From the human T2T-CHM13v2.0 reference genome, Homo sapiens, in NCBI RefSeq assembly GCF_009914755.1, contig NC_060930.1: a stretch of 64,000 bases of DNA. One strand, given 5' to 3'. Below the pieces are notes generated by a model. That model was not told the DNA's origin. It saw only the letters and a program-made list of their open reading frames with translations, and ran no database searches. Every line of letters begins with the position of its first letter. The stretch's first letter is position 1. Below, one piece after another: positions 27,390-42,264 of this stretch. The position numbers were made by a program, and so were the translations under genes.

Positions 27390-27545
27390 GAGTTGAGAGT
27401 CTTTTGAAAATCTAGGTATACAGGTCTCATCTCCTCAAATTCTGATTCAGTAGGTTCAGATTGGGGGCCTGAAAAATAGACATTTTAACAAGTATCGCAA
27501 GTGATTCTGATGTAGGAGTGTCCTAGAAACATATTTTGAGTAATA
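27390..27545 (-). mobile_element. MER5A, right part
   Basis: aattctgattcagtaggt...gggggcctga...cattttaacaag...gtgattctgatg...ttttgagtaata. Confidence 0.75.
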
Positions 27546-28189
27546 TTTTTAAAGGGTAAGGTTTACTTACTTGAAAAATTTTCTTAATGGGGATGGAATA
27601 TCACATCCTTCTTTCTCCCTCCGCTTCTCACCTCCATCCTCTTCCATAGCAGTTGGATGTATGAAGTGTAATTTTCCTGAGCTCTCTGTTGGGCTGCTTC
27701 TTTTTCTTTGGCTGTAGTTCTGGATATAACACACATTTAAGAGTCTACAGTGTTAAAATGTTGACTGGTTTTAGGAAAAGGAAAAGAGAAAATGCCTTCT
27801 TCCCAAGTCAGGAGTCATATTTAGAAAGACGCAATCATGGGTGGCAGTGGGGTGGGGAGGGTGCATAAAAACTACATTTAGAAGTCATTGAGGTCACAGT
27901 TGAATTCAATGCTTCTGTACAGATGCCTACATCCACATATTCACACATATAAACAATCATGTGGGTGTTGTCACATGATGGAAACAGCATGAGGGGGAAA
28001 AATAGATTCTAAAGGATGCAGAGTTATATAAAATAGACTTAAAAAATAGGAAATCACCTGGGTAGAAGTATGGATGCCATGTGGTTTTCTAAATATAATT
28101 CATTACAAAGGACCAATGTATTTTCTTAGATTAAGAGACAAAATACACCACAGATATTTATGGAAAGCAGAGATACAAGAATAGCTACA

Positions 28190-28380
28190 AATAACACTAG
28201 AGTATTGGAGTTAGGCAGCGCCTTTAAGATCATGATATCTGACCCTTGCATTTTTATAGTGGAGGTGAATGGGACCCATGCTGGTAGAGTGACTTGCCCA
28301 GTGTCACTTGGGTGGGGTAGTAGTACTACTGGCAGTGGCACCCACCATCTTGATGCCTACCCCTAGCGCTCTTCCACTGA
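28190..28380 (-). mobile_element. MIR (MIR3-like)
   Basis: cctttaagatcat...catttttatagtggaggtgaatggg...gagtgacttgcccagtgtcac. Confidence 0.55.
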
Positions 28381-28682
28381 TGTCATGCAGCCAGATGTTT
28401 TATGAAAAGAGGTCATGAATATGAAAGGAGTCCCAGAGACTAAAGAATGTGGAAATATTGGGACAAGCCCTTAAAATGAGTCCTTTGTATAGGGTAACAG
28501 GGGATACATGAAAAGGGACTGACTGTGTGGAACTGTTACGAAGACTAAGGAAGGGTGTGAGAAAAGAAAGGCAAAGTAAAAAGAGAATAGAAAAAATTAG
28601 ATGAAAGACAAAGAAAGTAAATCACAGAAGTCAAGAAATGGAAGATAACAATTAGAAATAAAAATGTGATAAAAGAATTCAA

Positions 28683-28969
28683 GGCTGGACACAATGGCTC
28701 AGGCCTGTAATGCCAACACTTTGGGAGGCTGAATTGGGCGGATTGCTTGAAACCAGGAGTTTGAGACCAGCTACGTCAACATAGCGAAACTCTAGCTCTA
28801 CAAAAAATATAAAAATTAGCCAGGCTTGGTGGAGGCATGTAGCTGTGGTCCCAGCTACTTAGGAGGTTGAGGTGGAAGGATTGCTTGAGCCTGGGGAGGT
28901 GGAGGCTGCAGTGAGTCGAGACTGCATCACTGCACTCCAACCTGGGTGACAGAGTGAGAGCCTGTCTCA
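28683..28969 (+). mobile_element. AluJ, almost tailless
   Basis: J-type motifs; TSD aaaagaattcaa at 28671-28682 and 28970-28981. Confidence 0.9.
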
Positions 28970-29812
28970 AAAAGAATTCAATAACACAGAGATAAATGTA
29001 GTATTTCTATGCCCATTTTTGTCAAAAGTTTAGCTATCTGGAATTATTTCAATAATAAAATAGCCTATAATGAAATAATACAAAAGTGCATTTAAACTCC
29101 TTTGAAGAAGGATAAAGCTAAAGTGGTAGCAATATTAAGTTCCTAATCCTCTAAAATGTTAAATGAATAAGAAACAGGAATTCAAAGATGTACTTCTCTG
29201 AAATGGCAGAGCTAAGTGTAGATATTCCTCCAGATGACCTTATCATTTTTCCAGAGACATGGCTGATGAATGAGAATAGAAAGGAATGGGGAATTCCAAA
29301 TTCTGAACAATCAAATAGATTGCATTAATTCACAGGAGGCACCATTCATACAGTATTTAGAATTGTTTATTTCCTTACATTTTGCACTTCCTTAAGAACC
29401 TGAACCCGAAAGTTGTAATCAATAGATTGGTTTACAGCCTGTTAGTCCTTTAAAAGTATTAACTTTCATAATTCATTTGATGAGCCATATAGGACTCCGC
29501 TGCGCCTCTTGGAAGAGGAGGCCTTCACTTTAAAACTATGTTTAACAGTGATAAACGGGACATAATAATGAGGCATATGTCATAGAACAGTGAATCTGAA
29601 AGGTGGCTAATCAGTCAAATATATATACTTAGCAAATCCAAATACTAGTTAAGGGCATAGGATTTGAAATCAGGCATACATGGATTTGGTCCCCAGTTCA
29701 GCCACTCATTAGTTATGAGTACTCACAACCCTCCTTCACTTCTTTTCTTTTTTTTCTTCTTCCTTCTTCTCTCCCTCCCTCTCTTCCTTTACTTTATTCA
29801 AAAATAGCTGTT

Positions 29813-30086
29813 GGTCAGCTGTGGTGGCTCATGCTTGTATTCCCAGCAGTTTGAGAGACCCAGACAGGAGGATCCTTTGAGGCCAAGGATCTGAGATCAG
29901 CCTGGACAACATACTGAGACCGCATCTCTACAAAAAAGAAAAAAAAATTAGTTGGGCATGGTGGTGCATGCCTGTAATCCTAGCTACTCAGGAGGCTTGG
30001 GTGGGAGGATTGCTTGAGCCCAAGGAAGTCAGGACTGTAGTGAGTTAAGGTCATGACATTGCACTCCAGTCTCAAAACAAACAAAA
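29813..30086 (+). mobile_element. AluJ with small 3' deletion
   Basis: Dimer with J-type motifs; ...ctccagtctcaaaac lacks the usual terminal segment. Confidence 0.85.
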
Positions 30087-30199
30087 CTTGCTGAAAATTT
30101 AATTACTATATGCTGGGTTCATGCCATAAACTAATGAGCTAGTCACTTCACATTTCTGAGAGAGAACAGGAAATGTTTATAGTTAAGAAATTTGTGGTG

Positions 30200-30560
30200 C
30201 GTCACTTAAGCAAAGGTGCAGATACAAAAATGAGCCAGATTTGTTGGGGTGGCTCCAAGCAGACTGGAGGTAAATAATGGGAGATGAGGATGGGAAAGAC
30301 AGGTTGTAGAGGGCTCTTAATGCCAGCATAAGCAGTTTCAGATTAACACAGAGAACTGGCCAACAATTAGAAATCAGATTAGGGAGATAGCCTAGCAAAG
30401 GATGGGATTATTTCAAGAATGATGGATTACTAAGTATTTCAGAGAAGCTAAGAAAGAATTAGTTTTGACTATTAGAAGGACATGGATAGAAGGCTTTTAA
30501 AATAACAGAAACCAATGACGGGGATGAAAGGACGAGATTGGAGTGTAAAAACAGAGACTG
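30200..30560 (-). mobile_element. L2 fragment
   Basis: Purine-rich reverse L2 pattern (aggttgtagagggctcttaatgccag, tttcagagaagctaag). Confidence 0.4.
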
Positions 30561-31821
30561 ATGGCCAGGAGTTCCACGGGAAGATTAAACAGAATGGGAA
30601 GGAAACATTATGGTACAGATAGAGGAAGCAGCAAGGCCAAAGGCAGGTATATTTTTCCTAAAATGAGTAGTTACTATGCACGTGTGAAGGTAAAAGACCA
30701 ATGAAGAGAGAAGAAGATTCTAGAATGAGAAAAGGCAAGTGGAGAGTTAGAACTGACCGCTGAAGTGGAGAGGGGGGGCTTGCACAGTCAGATCAGCACT
30801 TCCCCTGAGTCCACACTGAGATGCCCTTTGTAGCAGGGAGGGAAGCAAGGTAAGATTTAATCTGTACTCCAGGTGGGCACTTATTAGATAGAAGAGTGGT
30901 AAACTCAGGCCACAAAAAGACTAAGTTCCTACAGCTGCAGAAAGACAAACATTAAAGGGTTTAGCCCATCAATAGGTTCAGCAGGAGCATCAAACCATTC
31001 TTATTCACACCCCAGAAACCTTTCTAGGTTCTTCTGCTGTGTTACAGGTAGGGTTGCAGGGGGCAGTGCAGGCGTTCAAAGAAATGTAAAGTCCCCTTGA
31101 TCACCTCTCCTGCAGAAACAATGTTGCCAGGTTGTAGAGGCTACAAGTCCAACCCAAACACTATTATTTGTGACCAAATAAAGAGGAATTCGGTTAAAAT
31201 GAATGAGTACTTATGTAGAGATAACACAACCCAGAAGTTAGTGGTTAGAAAAGGCCACTCAATTCTGCATGCATATACCTACTTTACATTCAAAATACCA
31301 ACTCTAGAAACCTTACTACCAAACGGCTCCCAAACTTGTAGACATTTTTCCTCCACTCCCCACCTCTAAGTTGTAAGGGGGCAGATAAGAAAACTTCTGA
31401 AGATTTCAGATCTAGTTCTCTTTCTGTTTGAGCTCTTGCCTGGCAGTAAGGGAGTAGAGAGGGCTGGGCTGGGCACAATGCCCTCCTCCATGACCAGCGG
31501 GACCAGGGCTTGCACCCCAGAAGTAGTAACTCCACGCACGGAGCTGGGACCGCGGGCGCGGCACGCTCACATAGAGCAGCCTGTGGGTGAAGGAGACCGT
31601 AGTGTGCACTTGGGCAGCGTAAGCGCGTTTGGCGGGAGAGGGCACAGTGCTGACTGGGCATCTCTGCGTTGGAGTCGTCCCTTTCGCAAGAGCCTATCTG
31701 TGCCAAGGGCTGGAAACTGGGGCTGCAGGCGGGAGGCGGGGTGTCAGCCAAAAGCACTGGCCCCTCGGCCCTGTGGCTGGGAGAGGAGTCTGGGGGAGCC
31801 CCGGGCGCCAGCCAGGGATAG

Positions 31822-32631
<810 letters not shown>

Positions 32632-32854
32632 TGACGGGTTGACGCCGCCGCTGCGGTGTTGGAGTGGGGAGAGGGGGCGGGGCTGGCCGCCTGGAACGGA
32701 ACCTTTTCCTTGCACCAAGCAGCTGGGAAGCTACCGTGCTGGTCATAATAGCATGGTCTGGAGAATGCACGTTAGGTGACTTGATGCTGTCCCTGGAACT
32801 GGTGCCCAAAGTGGCCCAGATCGAATTAAGTGAAAAGGGTAACTGAGGTACATG

Positions 32855-33035
32855 AAGGAGAGAAGAAATGAGAAGGGAAGATAGGGAGGAAAGGAAGGAA
32901 ACGAGGGAAGGCAGTGGGGTGCTAGGGAAGAAAAGAAGGAAGGAGGGAAGGAAGGAAGGAAAGAAGGAGGGAAGGAAGGAAGGGGGGAAGGAAGGGAGGA
33001 GGGAGGGGGAAGGAAAGCAACAGAAGGAGGACTGA
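32855..33035 (+). repeat. Polypurine (GGAA/GGAG) low-complexity tract
   Basis: Runs such as ggaaggaaggaaggaaag and gggaggagggaggggg. Confidence 0.9.
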
Positions 33036-33406
33036 GGGATTCAGAGTCAAAAAATGCCTCAGTTGAGTCCACTGAAGGTTACTCAATGAGTAAAGTCCAG
33101 CATCTACTGTTCCCTCTGCTGCTGCTGCTCCCAACTCGACTCTAGAGTGCCTTACTCGTGTGTGGTCACTATCACTGGGAAGAAGTTGTTCACCACTAAC
33201 TTCATAGCTCTGCCTTTTCTGAATGACTCCTAAGCTTCCATCCTAGTTTGTTTTCTCTTCCTGTCCAAGGTCCCTTATTATTCTAGCAACTATAATAAAA
33301 GTGAGGGCATTTTCCTGAAGACTGCCTTTCAAAATAAGTTATAAAGCAGATGGTAGGTTTTGCTTTAGGAAACTAAACTCTTGGAAATGGGACTAAATCA
33401 AACAAA

Positions 33407-33443
33407 ATGTGTGTGTGTGTGTGCGCGCGCGTGCGCGTGCATG
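33407..33443. repeat. (TG)n(CG)n alternating purine-pyrimidine tract
   Basis: atgtgtgtgtgtgtgtgcgcgcgcgtgcgcgtgcatg, 37 nt uninterrupted. Confidence 0.95.
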
Positions 33444-36372
33444 GTGCATGTGTTAGAGCAAAGAGAACCTTCAGATGATGGGTATTTATGCCCTGTTGAG
33501 AAGTTTCGACAAAAGAGAAAACTGCATAGAAAAACAAGATGCACTGACTAAGCAACCATACCCTTATGGCTGGAAGAATGGTAACTGAATGTGCCAGAGT
33601 GGCCAACTGCCTTGGAATATAATTTTCCTGTCTTGATGATTTGTGGTTTTAATCATGTATATCTTGTCACTTCTTAAATGTTTGCCTCTGACTTTGGAGC
33701 TGAAGACAAGTTTATTTAGAAAGCTTTGGCATTTTCTATGGCATGCTGTAGTAGTCCATGGTTCCCACTTTGGAATTGTTAATCCCCTACTTCTATGTTT
33801 CAGATTCAGCGTATGGTTGTGAGGGGTCTCACAAAGGACCGATAATAGTTTCTTTTAGGAGCAAGATTGTTTTCCCAACCAAGTGATATTGGAAATTAGT
33901 CTATTGACCCCTTTGCTTAGCCCAGGAGGAACAGAGCCAAAGCAGCAGTTAGTAAATGTTGTTTACCTTCTACTAGTACTTTTATCACAAAACAATAAAA
34001 TAAAGTGCTAAACAAGAGTTTCAAGTTTCAGCTGCTACTCAATTAATTACTTTGTCACCAGATTAAACCTAGTGACTTGCAATCTTTTATTTTGGTTAAA
34101 TTGCTCTGGAGTCCAATTTAAAGATTGGCTCAGACAGGACTTATCTATGTTTCATCTGGAAATAAATAAGCCAGACAAGCACTCAGTCCCTTCTATATGT
34201 CCCTTAAAATATTCCTAATGTAAAGTGTCAAGAAAGACACCAGTAAGAGAGAAATGCAGAGAGGATATTGTTAAAGGAGGAAGGGCATTAGCAGCCTGGT
34301 CTGTACTGCAGTCAGGGGAGCTGTCCTCCCTTGGTGGTGCTGAAGCGAGACAGAGAAGTGACTGTAAGTTGGACAGTGGAGGGATGGGTACTCTTTCCCT
34401 CCTGTGATGGAATCCCGAAGAAAATGCATAAGATCAGGCTACCAAAAACTTTTTCATCCCTCTCCACCTACATTTGCTGCCTATTTACTACGCATCACGC
34501 CTACTGCTCCGCTGCTCAAATCGGGCGTTTATGCTCTAATTTTGCGCCAACTGCTCACTCCTGGGGCTTGTTTATTTCCAGCTGGTTTCTGGTTGCTTCC
34601 CTAACGAAGTAAGATCCACTCACAGATGTGCCTTTCTCCCGCATTTAAGAGTAATTGTAACCCCTGGTTTTAAAAGCAAACAGCCTTGTTTATCTCCTTA
34701 AGCAGCAAGTTGTAATTAAACTATTAGTGTTGTTATCAGCATTGCTGAACAGAGAAGCATGCACACTCCCAATAAATTACATAATCTGGGCATAGAGATA
34801 ATTTTGTTTATGTCTTAACCACAATTTATGAACACTTAAGCAAGTCCTGTGCCCTTTCTTTCCAATCCTGCCCCCAAACAATTACTTATTGTTTATTCTT
34901 TCCAGAGAAATTTTTTATTGGCTTAAACTATTTATGTTTAATATTTGCTTTCCCACACCAGTAATTATACATAAACCCATGTTTGATATTTTAGAGGTTT
35001 AGCAATGCTTCAAGGAATACATATACATATATTCCTTTTACTTGGCTGTCACTAAATCATTAAACTAATCGTCCAGTTGCCAAATAAAGTGGACTGGGCA
35101 TTTTGAATACTAATTAAACACTTAAGGATTTTTCAACTACACCCTATCTCCAACAGTACTTAATAATATCATTTCAGAAATAACTCTGCAGCTTGAGTGA
35201 AGGATATACTTCTTCACCTACAGTGGCAAGTCAGTCAAAGAATAGCACCAAAGTGTGGGTCTTTCATCAATGTATGAAGATGCTAATTTCAAGTTTCAGC
35301 TAAAATTGAGAGCATAGATAACAGAAATTTTCTGAACCATGACTTTTATTTTTCTAAGAGTCCTTTTTCTAGGTTTTTAACTTCTGTTCAGCATTTAGTA
35401 GACACAAACATTGATAGATGATTGAAGATGTTATCAGTGCAAAAGAAAATTAAGTCAATATATCTGTCGAAGGTTACCCAGACACATCAAAGATTAAAAC
35501 ATTCAAAAAGGGATTTTTCCCCTAAGGAATTCAAATGTGTTAAAAGGACATCCTGGAACAGAAGAGTCTGTTCACACTATTAGTAGCAAGTGTTTCTAAT
35601 TGTATTCTCACTTAGAATGAACCCATCACTGACATTTATCTTGTAAGAGTGCAGCCTGCCTTATGAGGTCGTTCATTCACTGCATTGCAGTCAGTGCAAT
35701 GAAGAGTTGCAGCTCATCTGGCAGGTACATTCCCATGGGCTAGTGTATTCTATTTATCTTTAGATTGACAGTATATGGAGGATTACCTGATACATAGAAG
35801 CTGCTGAAACTGAAAAACTCTATAATTACATACTAAAGTGAATGAAAGTAAGTAGAAAAATTAAGCCCATCTTATATTTCTTAAAGGGGTGTCAAAAGAA
35901 GGAAAGCAAGGCATCCTGATGATTTAGGCACAAAACCATTATTAGGCACTATTGAGAAAAATGTGTCCTTTTCTAATCATAAGGAGGTTTAACTTCTGTT
36001 GATATATCAGAATTGCTTTGTATGGGGGAGAATTTAAATTAACAGTATGGTCAACACCAGCATAATTATTCTCTTTGGAAAGCTGAGATCTGTTTTGGTT
36101 CTGGATGTCCACCAAGGATAGCTGTTTCTGGCCTTCACTGGTCTCTTTCACCCTTTCAGGCCCAGAGGACAATGGCAGTCAGAACTGGCTTGCTATGGTT
36201 TCCTATAAGGATGGATGGGTCTACAAAAAGAAGTTATAAACTAGGTCCCAGGGTACCTCTCTTCCACCCTTATCGCTTAGCTAAATAATGGAGGCCCATG
36301 ATATAGAGAAGTGGCAGCTCAGAATGTGCCATCATCACTTAGCAATGAGAACTGTCCCTAGGCAAGTTGTAA

Positions 36373-36698
<326 letters not shown>

Positions 36699-37101
36699 TG
36701 GCAAATTGTAAATATTATTGCCATCCTGATCTGAGATTGCTTCACCAACCTAAAGGTTTTGATAGGCATCCTCCTTCACTCTTTTGCTGAAGAATGCCAG
36801 TGTGTTCCTCACTATATTTTTTGTTACTGATTGTAAATTGAAGGCAGACCATGTGGGTCTGGCTTTTATTTGGTGGCCCAAACTCTTAAGTATTGCTTCC
36901 TGTATTTGGTAGGCAGAATTCAAATGGTGGATCTCACAGCTCACCAGGAGCCTCTAGTGTAGAAGCCTTCCCTCCTTCTGTGCTATATATAGTTAGAGCT
37001 AGCTAACCTGATAATCTCATTATGTCATGCATTAAGATGGTACCAGTGAAGATCACCCCAGATAGTGTAATGAATATTTGAAAGGTACAAGGAAGTAAGT
37101 A

Positions 37102-37430
37102 CAGTCGGCCTTCGGCATTCATGGGTTCCACATCTGTGGATTCAACCAACCAGGGATGGGACATATTTTTAAAAAATGAATGGCTGCGTCTGTACTGAAC
37201 ATGTAAAGAGTTATTTCATTATTTCCTAAATCATATAACAACTATTTACGTAGCATTTACACTGTATTAGGTATTATAAGTAATCTAGAGATAATTTAAA
37301 GTATACAGGAGGATGTGCTTAGGTTATATGCAAATACTACACTATTTTATGTAAAGGATTTGAGTATCCACGCATTTTGTTATTCGCAGGGGATCTTGGA
37401 ACCAATCTCATGGTTACCAAGGGGTGGCTG
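37102..37430. mobile_element. MER2 (TcMar-Tigger MITE), full length
   Basis: cagtcggcc...ggggtggctg termini with TA at both sides; internal tattaggtattataagtaatctagagat. Confidence 0.88.
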
Positions 37431-37689
37431 TAATTAACACTATGAGTAAATGGGAAGCACTTTCCCATAAATATTTGTGAAACAACTTGAACACAGAATC
37501 TATGTTGGGTAATTAGATTTTCTTAGACTCTTTGGTCTGAGCATCATTATTATTTTTAAACATGTAAGTATGGTATTTACAATTACCTTATGGCTACATG
37601 GTAAATTACTTTTTTGGTTTGTCTATATATGTCTATATAATTTAATTCTATAAAATCCCACAGAGGCGTGTTTTATAGGAAATATCTGA

Positions 37690-37825
37690 GGCAAGAGTCA
37701 GAAGAATTTGATTCTAATGCATCAATTTCCTAAGACCATGGGCAAGCCATTTAACCTTTTGGGGTTTGATTCACTCAGCTCTAAGATGAGGGTTTTAGAT
37801 TTAAAGTCTCTGAAGTCCCATTCAA
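37690..37825 (+). mobile_element. MIR fragment
   Basis: gaccatgggcaagccatttaacct...ctctaagatgaggg. Confidence 0.5.
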
Positions 37826-39359
37826 TCTAAAAATAACTGACACTTCTAACTCCAGCTGTATTACTGGATACATACTACACCTGATTTTATAGATAGTCTT
37901 ATTTGTTGTATAAAACATATAAAATAGCTTCATTACAATAAGAATGAAAATATTTGATCACAGCAAAGTTATGGAAATTTTTGAGTTAAAAGAAGAATGA
38001 ATCTCTATTATATAGGCACATTTATATACAAAATATTAGTTATATTTTTAATTTGAATATTCAGGGATTATTCAAATTGATGATCTCTAGATATTTGTTG
38101 TATAATAGAGTAAGATATTAAAGAAATTTTAGCAATAAATGGAGAGTGAGGAAACTAAATACTAATTCGGCTCCTAATTGGCATTTCAAGTCTTTTAACC
38201 TGTTCTCCTTTATAATTAAAATTAAACGGGTATGTAAGATCTATATTTCCCCTTTACCCTTTTAGATTACCAGGGAAGGTAAACATGTGGGCAGACCAGC
38301 TAAATGGCAGAATCCTACAAAACAAAATATCTCTTTGGAATTCACAGAAAGAAGGATCCTAACCTCTAAGCACTGACCTAGCCATGAAATACAAAGAAAC
38401 TTCTTTCCCTTTTTCTTCACGTGCATATAAACTGACAGGTTCATCACCTACCAGTCATAATAAATGCGGCAGAGGCACATTAATACATTTTCATACGTAG
38501 ATTCTAACACTAAAGCAAAAAAAATGTAAAGTTATTTATGGAGTCGCTTTTTGACATATGCAACTTGAATTCATGATCATTATTTAGTGTACAAGAATTA
38601 AAATTCAGGTGGGAACAGAAGACAATTTGTAGAGCTTTTTTTCTCCTTGAGTTTATGGGGTGAAAAAGGGGACATACATTACAGCCAATGTCTTGTAAGG
38701 GCCTGAAAGAACAGTTGATATAACATTTTCTTCATTGTATGGTACAAGAGAAACTCTAGTATTTCATATTTTGTTTCTCACTTTCCTTACCCACTTTGGT
38801 AGGTGCTAAAGTGGATGTGATTTCGGGGTGGGGGAGTGGGCAGTATTGACAATTTAATTGCTTTAATTTACAAGTCTTCTATATAATGAAGGGTAGTTAA
38901 ATAAAAGACAAAATCAATTTTATGGCCTTGTTGAATGATGACAGATTAGCATGACTTTCTACACAGTTACTGAAGGACAACAGGAATAATATCACACTAG
39001 TAGTTGTTTAACATTTGTGAATGTAAGTGCGGTGTAAAAGCCTGTAGGCTTTCTATTGATCCTTGTTGCCACATTTGTATACATTAAACTAGCAATTCAG
39101 CAGCAGAATCTTTGATAGCAAATACTTGGGCTGTAACTGTAGATGAGACTTTAATATACATCTTGGTTTTGAGATAATTCTGAACTTTATCAATATGTTC
39201 ATTTGCCATTTGTAGACATGGAAAGGCCATTATTGCCAGATCTCTATCAACCAAACACTAGGTGGTCGAATATTAAATCATGGTTTAATCAGAGGTACAG
39301 AAAAACCTGTATTATTCGTGAGTTTCTCTCTTATTCCACCTGGGCCCTTTTTTAGACCG

Positions 39360-40590
39360 TTTTTTTAGGCACTTGAGATACATCAGTGATCAAAACAAAT
39401 AGCATCTTACTTTCATGAATTTTTACTACCAAAAGTGGATTATGAGCAAGAAACGTTAGATATATCAGTAAATTGTATTGTATGTTATAAGTCAATGTGT
39501 TAAGACAAAAATGAATAAGGCAGACTAAGAGGGTACGGCATATGGGAGCAGGAAGAGGAGAGGATTTCAAGATAGACAACATGGAGGAGAAGGGCTTTGA
39601 ACACAGTTCTTCAGTGCGGGTAAAAGAATGAACAATGCCCATATGGGGTGGGGAGCAGAGTGAGAGAGAGCTGAGGACAAGCAAGTGAAAAGGACCTAAA
39701 CTAGAGTGTTCCTGGCATGGCAAGGAGACCGGTGTGGCTGGGGAGGAGTAAGGAAGGGAGACGAAGAGGGGGATTAAGAAGGAATGGGGACTAGAAAAGA
39801 TTTGGTGGACCTTGCAAAGACTTTGACTTTACTCTCAGTGAAGTGTGGAGCACTGCAGGGATTTGCGCATAGGAGTAACACCGTCTGACAGATTTTTTAA
39901 AGGATCACTGGGGCTGTTGAGTTCAGAACAGACTAGAGAGGGGCACCGAAGAAGCAGAGAAGCCAGTTTGGAGGCTATGAACGGTGGTGGCTCATCAGCG
40001 TGGTACAGCAGAAACAGTGGAAAGTGGTAAAGGTCCTTGTGTATTTGAAGATACAGCCAGTATGCGTTCATGATGGATTGAATGTAGGTTGTGAGAGGAG
40101 AAGAGCAAGCAGTAATTCATAGGTTTCACCTGAGCAGTAGGAGGGATAGAACGATCATTTGGGGGCACGGAGGATTGGTCAGGAGCTCAGAGAAAGACGT
40201 GTCAAGTGTAAGACCTCTATCAGACATCCAAGTGGCTACATTTAAAAAGCAGTTATGGCCAGGTGTGGTGGCTTACACCTCTAATTCTAGCACCTTAGGA
40301 GGCCAAGGTGGGCGGATCACCTGAGGTCAGGAGTTCGAGACGAGCCTGGCCAACACGGTGAAACCCCGTCTCTACTAAAATACAAAAAATCAGTCTGACG
40401 TGGTGGTGTGTACCTGCAGTCCCAGCTCCTCTGGAGGCTGAGGCAGGATAATTGCTTGAACCCGAGAGGCGGAGGTTACAGTGAGCCGAGGTCAAGCCAC
40501 TGCACTCCAGCCTGGGAGACAAAGTGAAACTCTGTCTCAAAAAAAATGAAAAAGCAGTTATGCAAGTCACAGGTTAAAAATGAGGTCTGG
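39360..40590 (-). mobile_element. L2 (interrupted by Alu at 40257)
   Basis: taggcacttgagatacatcagtga (reverse L2 3' end), ttttaaaggatcactggg, agacatccaagtgg. Confidence 0.75.
40257..40548 (+). mobile_element. AluS
   Basis: Full dimer; TSD aaaaagcagttatg. Confidence 0.95.
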
Positions 40591-40912
40591 GCTGGGGGCA
40601 GTGGCTCACACCTGTAATCCAAGCACTTTGGGAGGCTGAGGCAGGCAGATTACAAGGTCAGGAATTCGAGACCAGCCTGACCAACATGGTGAAACTCAGT
40701 CTCTACTAAAAATCCAAAAGTTAGCCGGTGTGGGGGCACACACCTGTAGTCACAGCTACTCGGGAGGCTGAGGCAGGAGAATTGCTTGAACCCAGGAGGC
40801 GGAGGTGAGCAGAGACCATGTGAGCAGAGACCCAGTGAGCAGAGACCATGCCATTGCCCTCCAGCCTGGGTGAAAGAGCGAGACTCTCTTTCTAAAAAAA
40901 AAAAAAAAAAAA
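40590..40912 (+). mobile_element. AluS (Sg-like) with internal 15-nt triplication
   Basis: Full dimer; gtgagcagagacc(at/ca) three times at 40805-40849. Confidence 0.93.
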
Positions 40913-40954
40913 GGGCCCAGAGATAAATATTTGACATTATAAGCATTTTCTTAT

Positions 40955-41130
40955 TTATTCTCACAATGACCCCATCAGATTGACATCATTATTATTATCC
41001 TAATTTTATCCACGTGGAAATAAATCACAGAGAAGTTACATGACATAGTGAAGGTACTACAGCTAATAAGAGAAAGAACTGGAATTTGGATTCTGTTTCA
41101 TATGACTTCAAAACCTGTATACTTAATAGA
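40955..41130 (-). mobile_element. MIR
   Basis: attctcacaatgacccc...attattatcctaatttta...cacagagaagtta...acagctaataag. Confidence 0.6.
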
Positions 41131-41266
41131 CATGATTTACCACAAGACAGCAAGCTTACATTACTAGCTTTTCTATGGGGTCACATTTAAAGCTGGACAT
41201 TGCTAAAGGAAAGAAGAGATGGAACTAGGAATGTATCCTACCCTAGTATTAAAAAAAGAAAATTGG

Positions 41267-41584
<318 letters not shown>

Positions 41585-41984
41585 TCACTGTGAGAAATGC
41601 ACTTTATGGCACCCCACATAACACACATACATATTTATTATAATTGAAATAAAATATTCTCCAAAATACACTTAAGGTGCAAATTACCCTGATGTTTTCT
41701 ATGTTATCCTATCCCATCCCTTGCCACTCCACTCCACTCTAATATATTTTTGTTACAAAAATGCGAATTATGACCTACCTAAATGACTTTACAACCTACA
41801 ATTTGAAAAACATTTACTTAATTGGTGGATTTCTCGGGGCTAATCCTAAACTCAGAAAAGGCATTTGCAAAAAAAAAAAAAAATCCTACTTTGGTACTAA
41901 ATGGCTGAGAGTGTGGTAAATTTATTCTCTTGTCTAGACATGAGTCAAGGTGAAAAAGAAAAATCCCAAAGAGTAAGTACCGAC

Positions 41985-42219
41985 CTAGCCCTTGGGCTCA
42001 GTGGGCATGGGGCCACACTGATGATAAGTTTAGGGGCCAAGAAAAATGTTTTAATTTCTTTTACAGTCAGAAGGAAAAAAATGAATGTAATCCAACCCAT
42101 GGATTATATTTGTCTTTTTACCCACACAGTCATAAAATATAGTTTTTGATACTTTATGTAGTGAAAGGGGCCCACAAAGGCAAAAGGACCTAGGACCATG
42201 GAAGTCATCATGGGCCCTG
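41985..42219. mobile_element. hAT-Tip100-like MITE (MER96B-like)
   Basis: Repeated ggggcc(c)ac motifs and a terminal ...gggccctg around an AT-rich core. Confidence 0.55.
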
Positions 42220-42264
42220 CAAAGAGGGAAAGAGGAGCAGTGACAAAGACCATTCTTTTCTGAG

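Noticed and set aside
40805-40849. Short regular repeats as a CRISPR-like array
   Set aside because: Eukaryotic DNA; tandem units with no unique spacers, inside an Alu.
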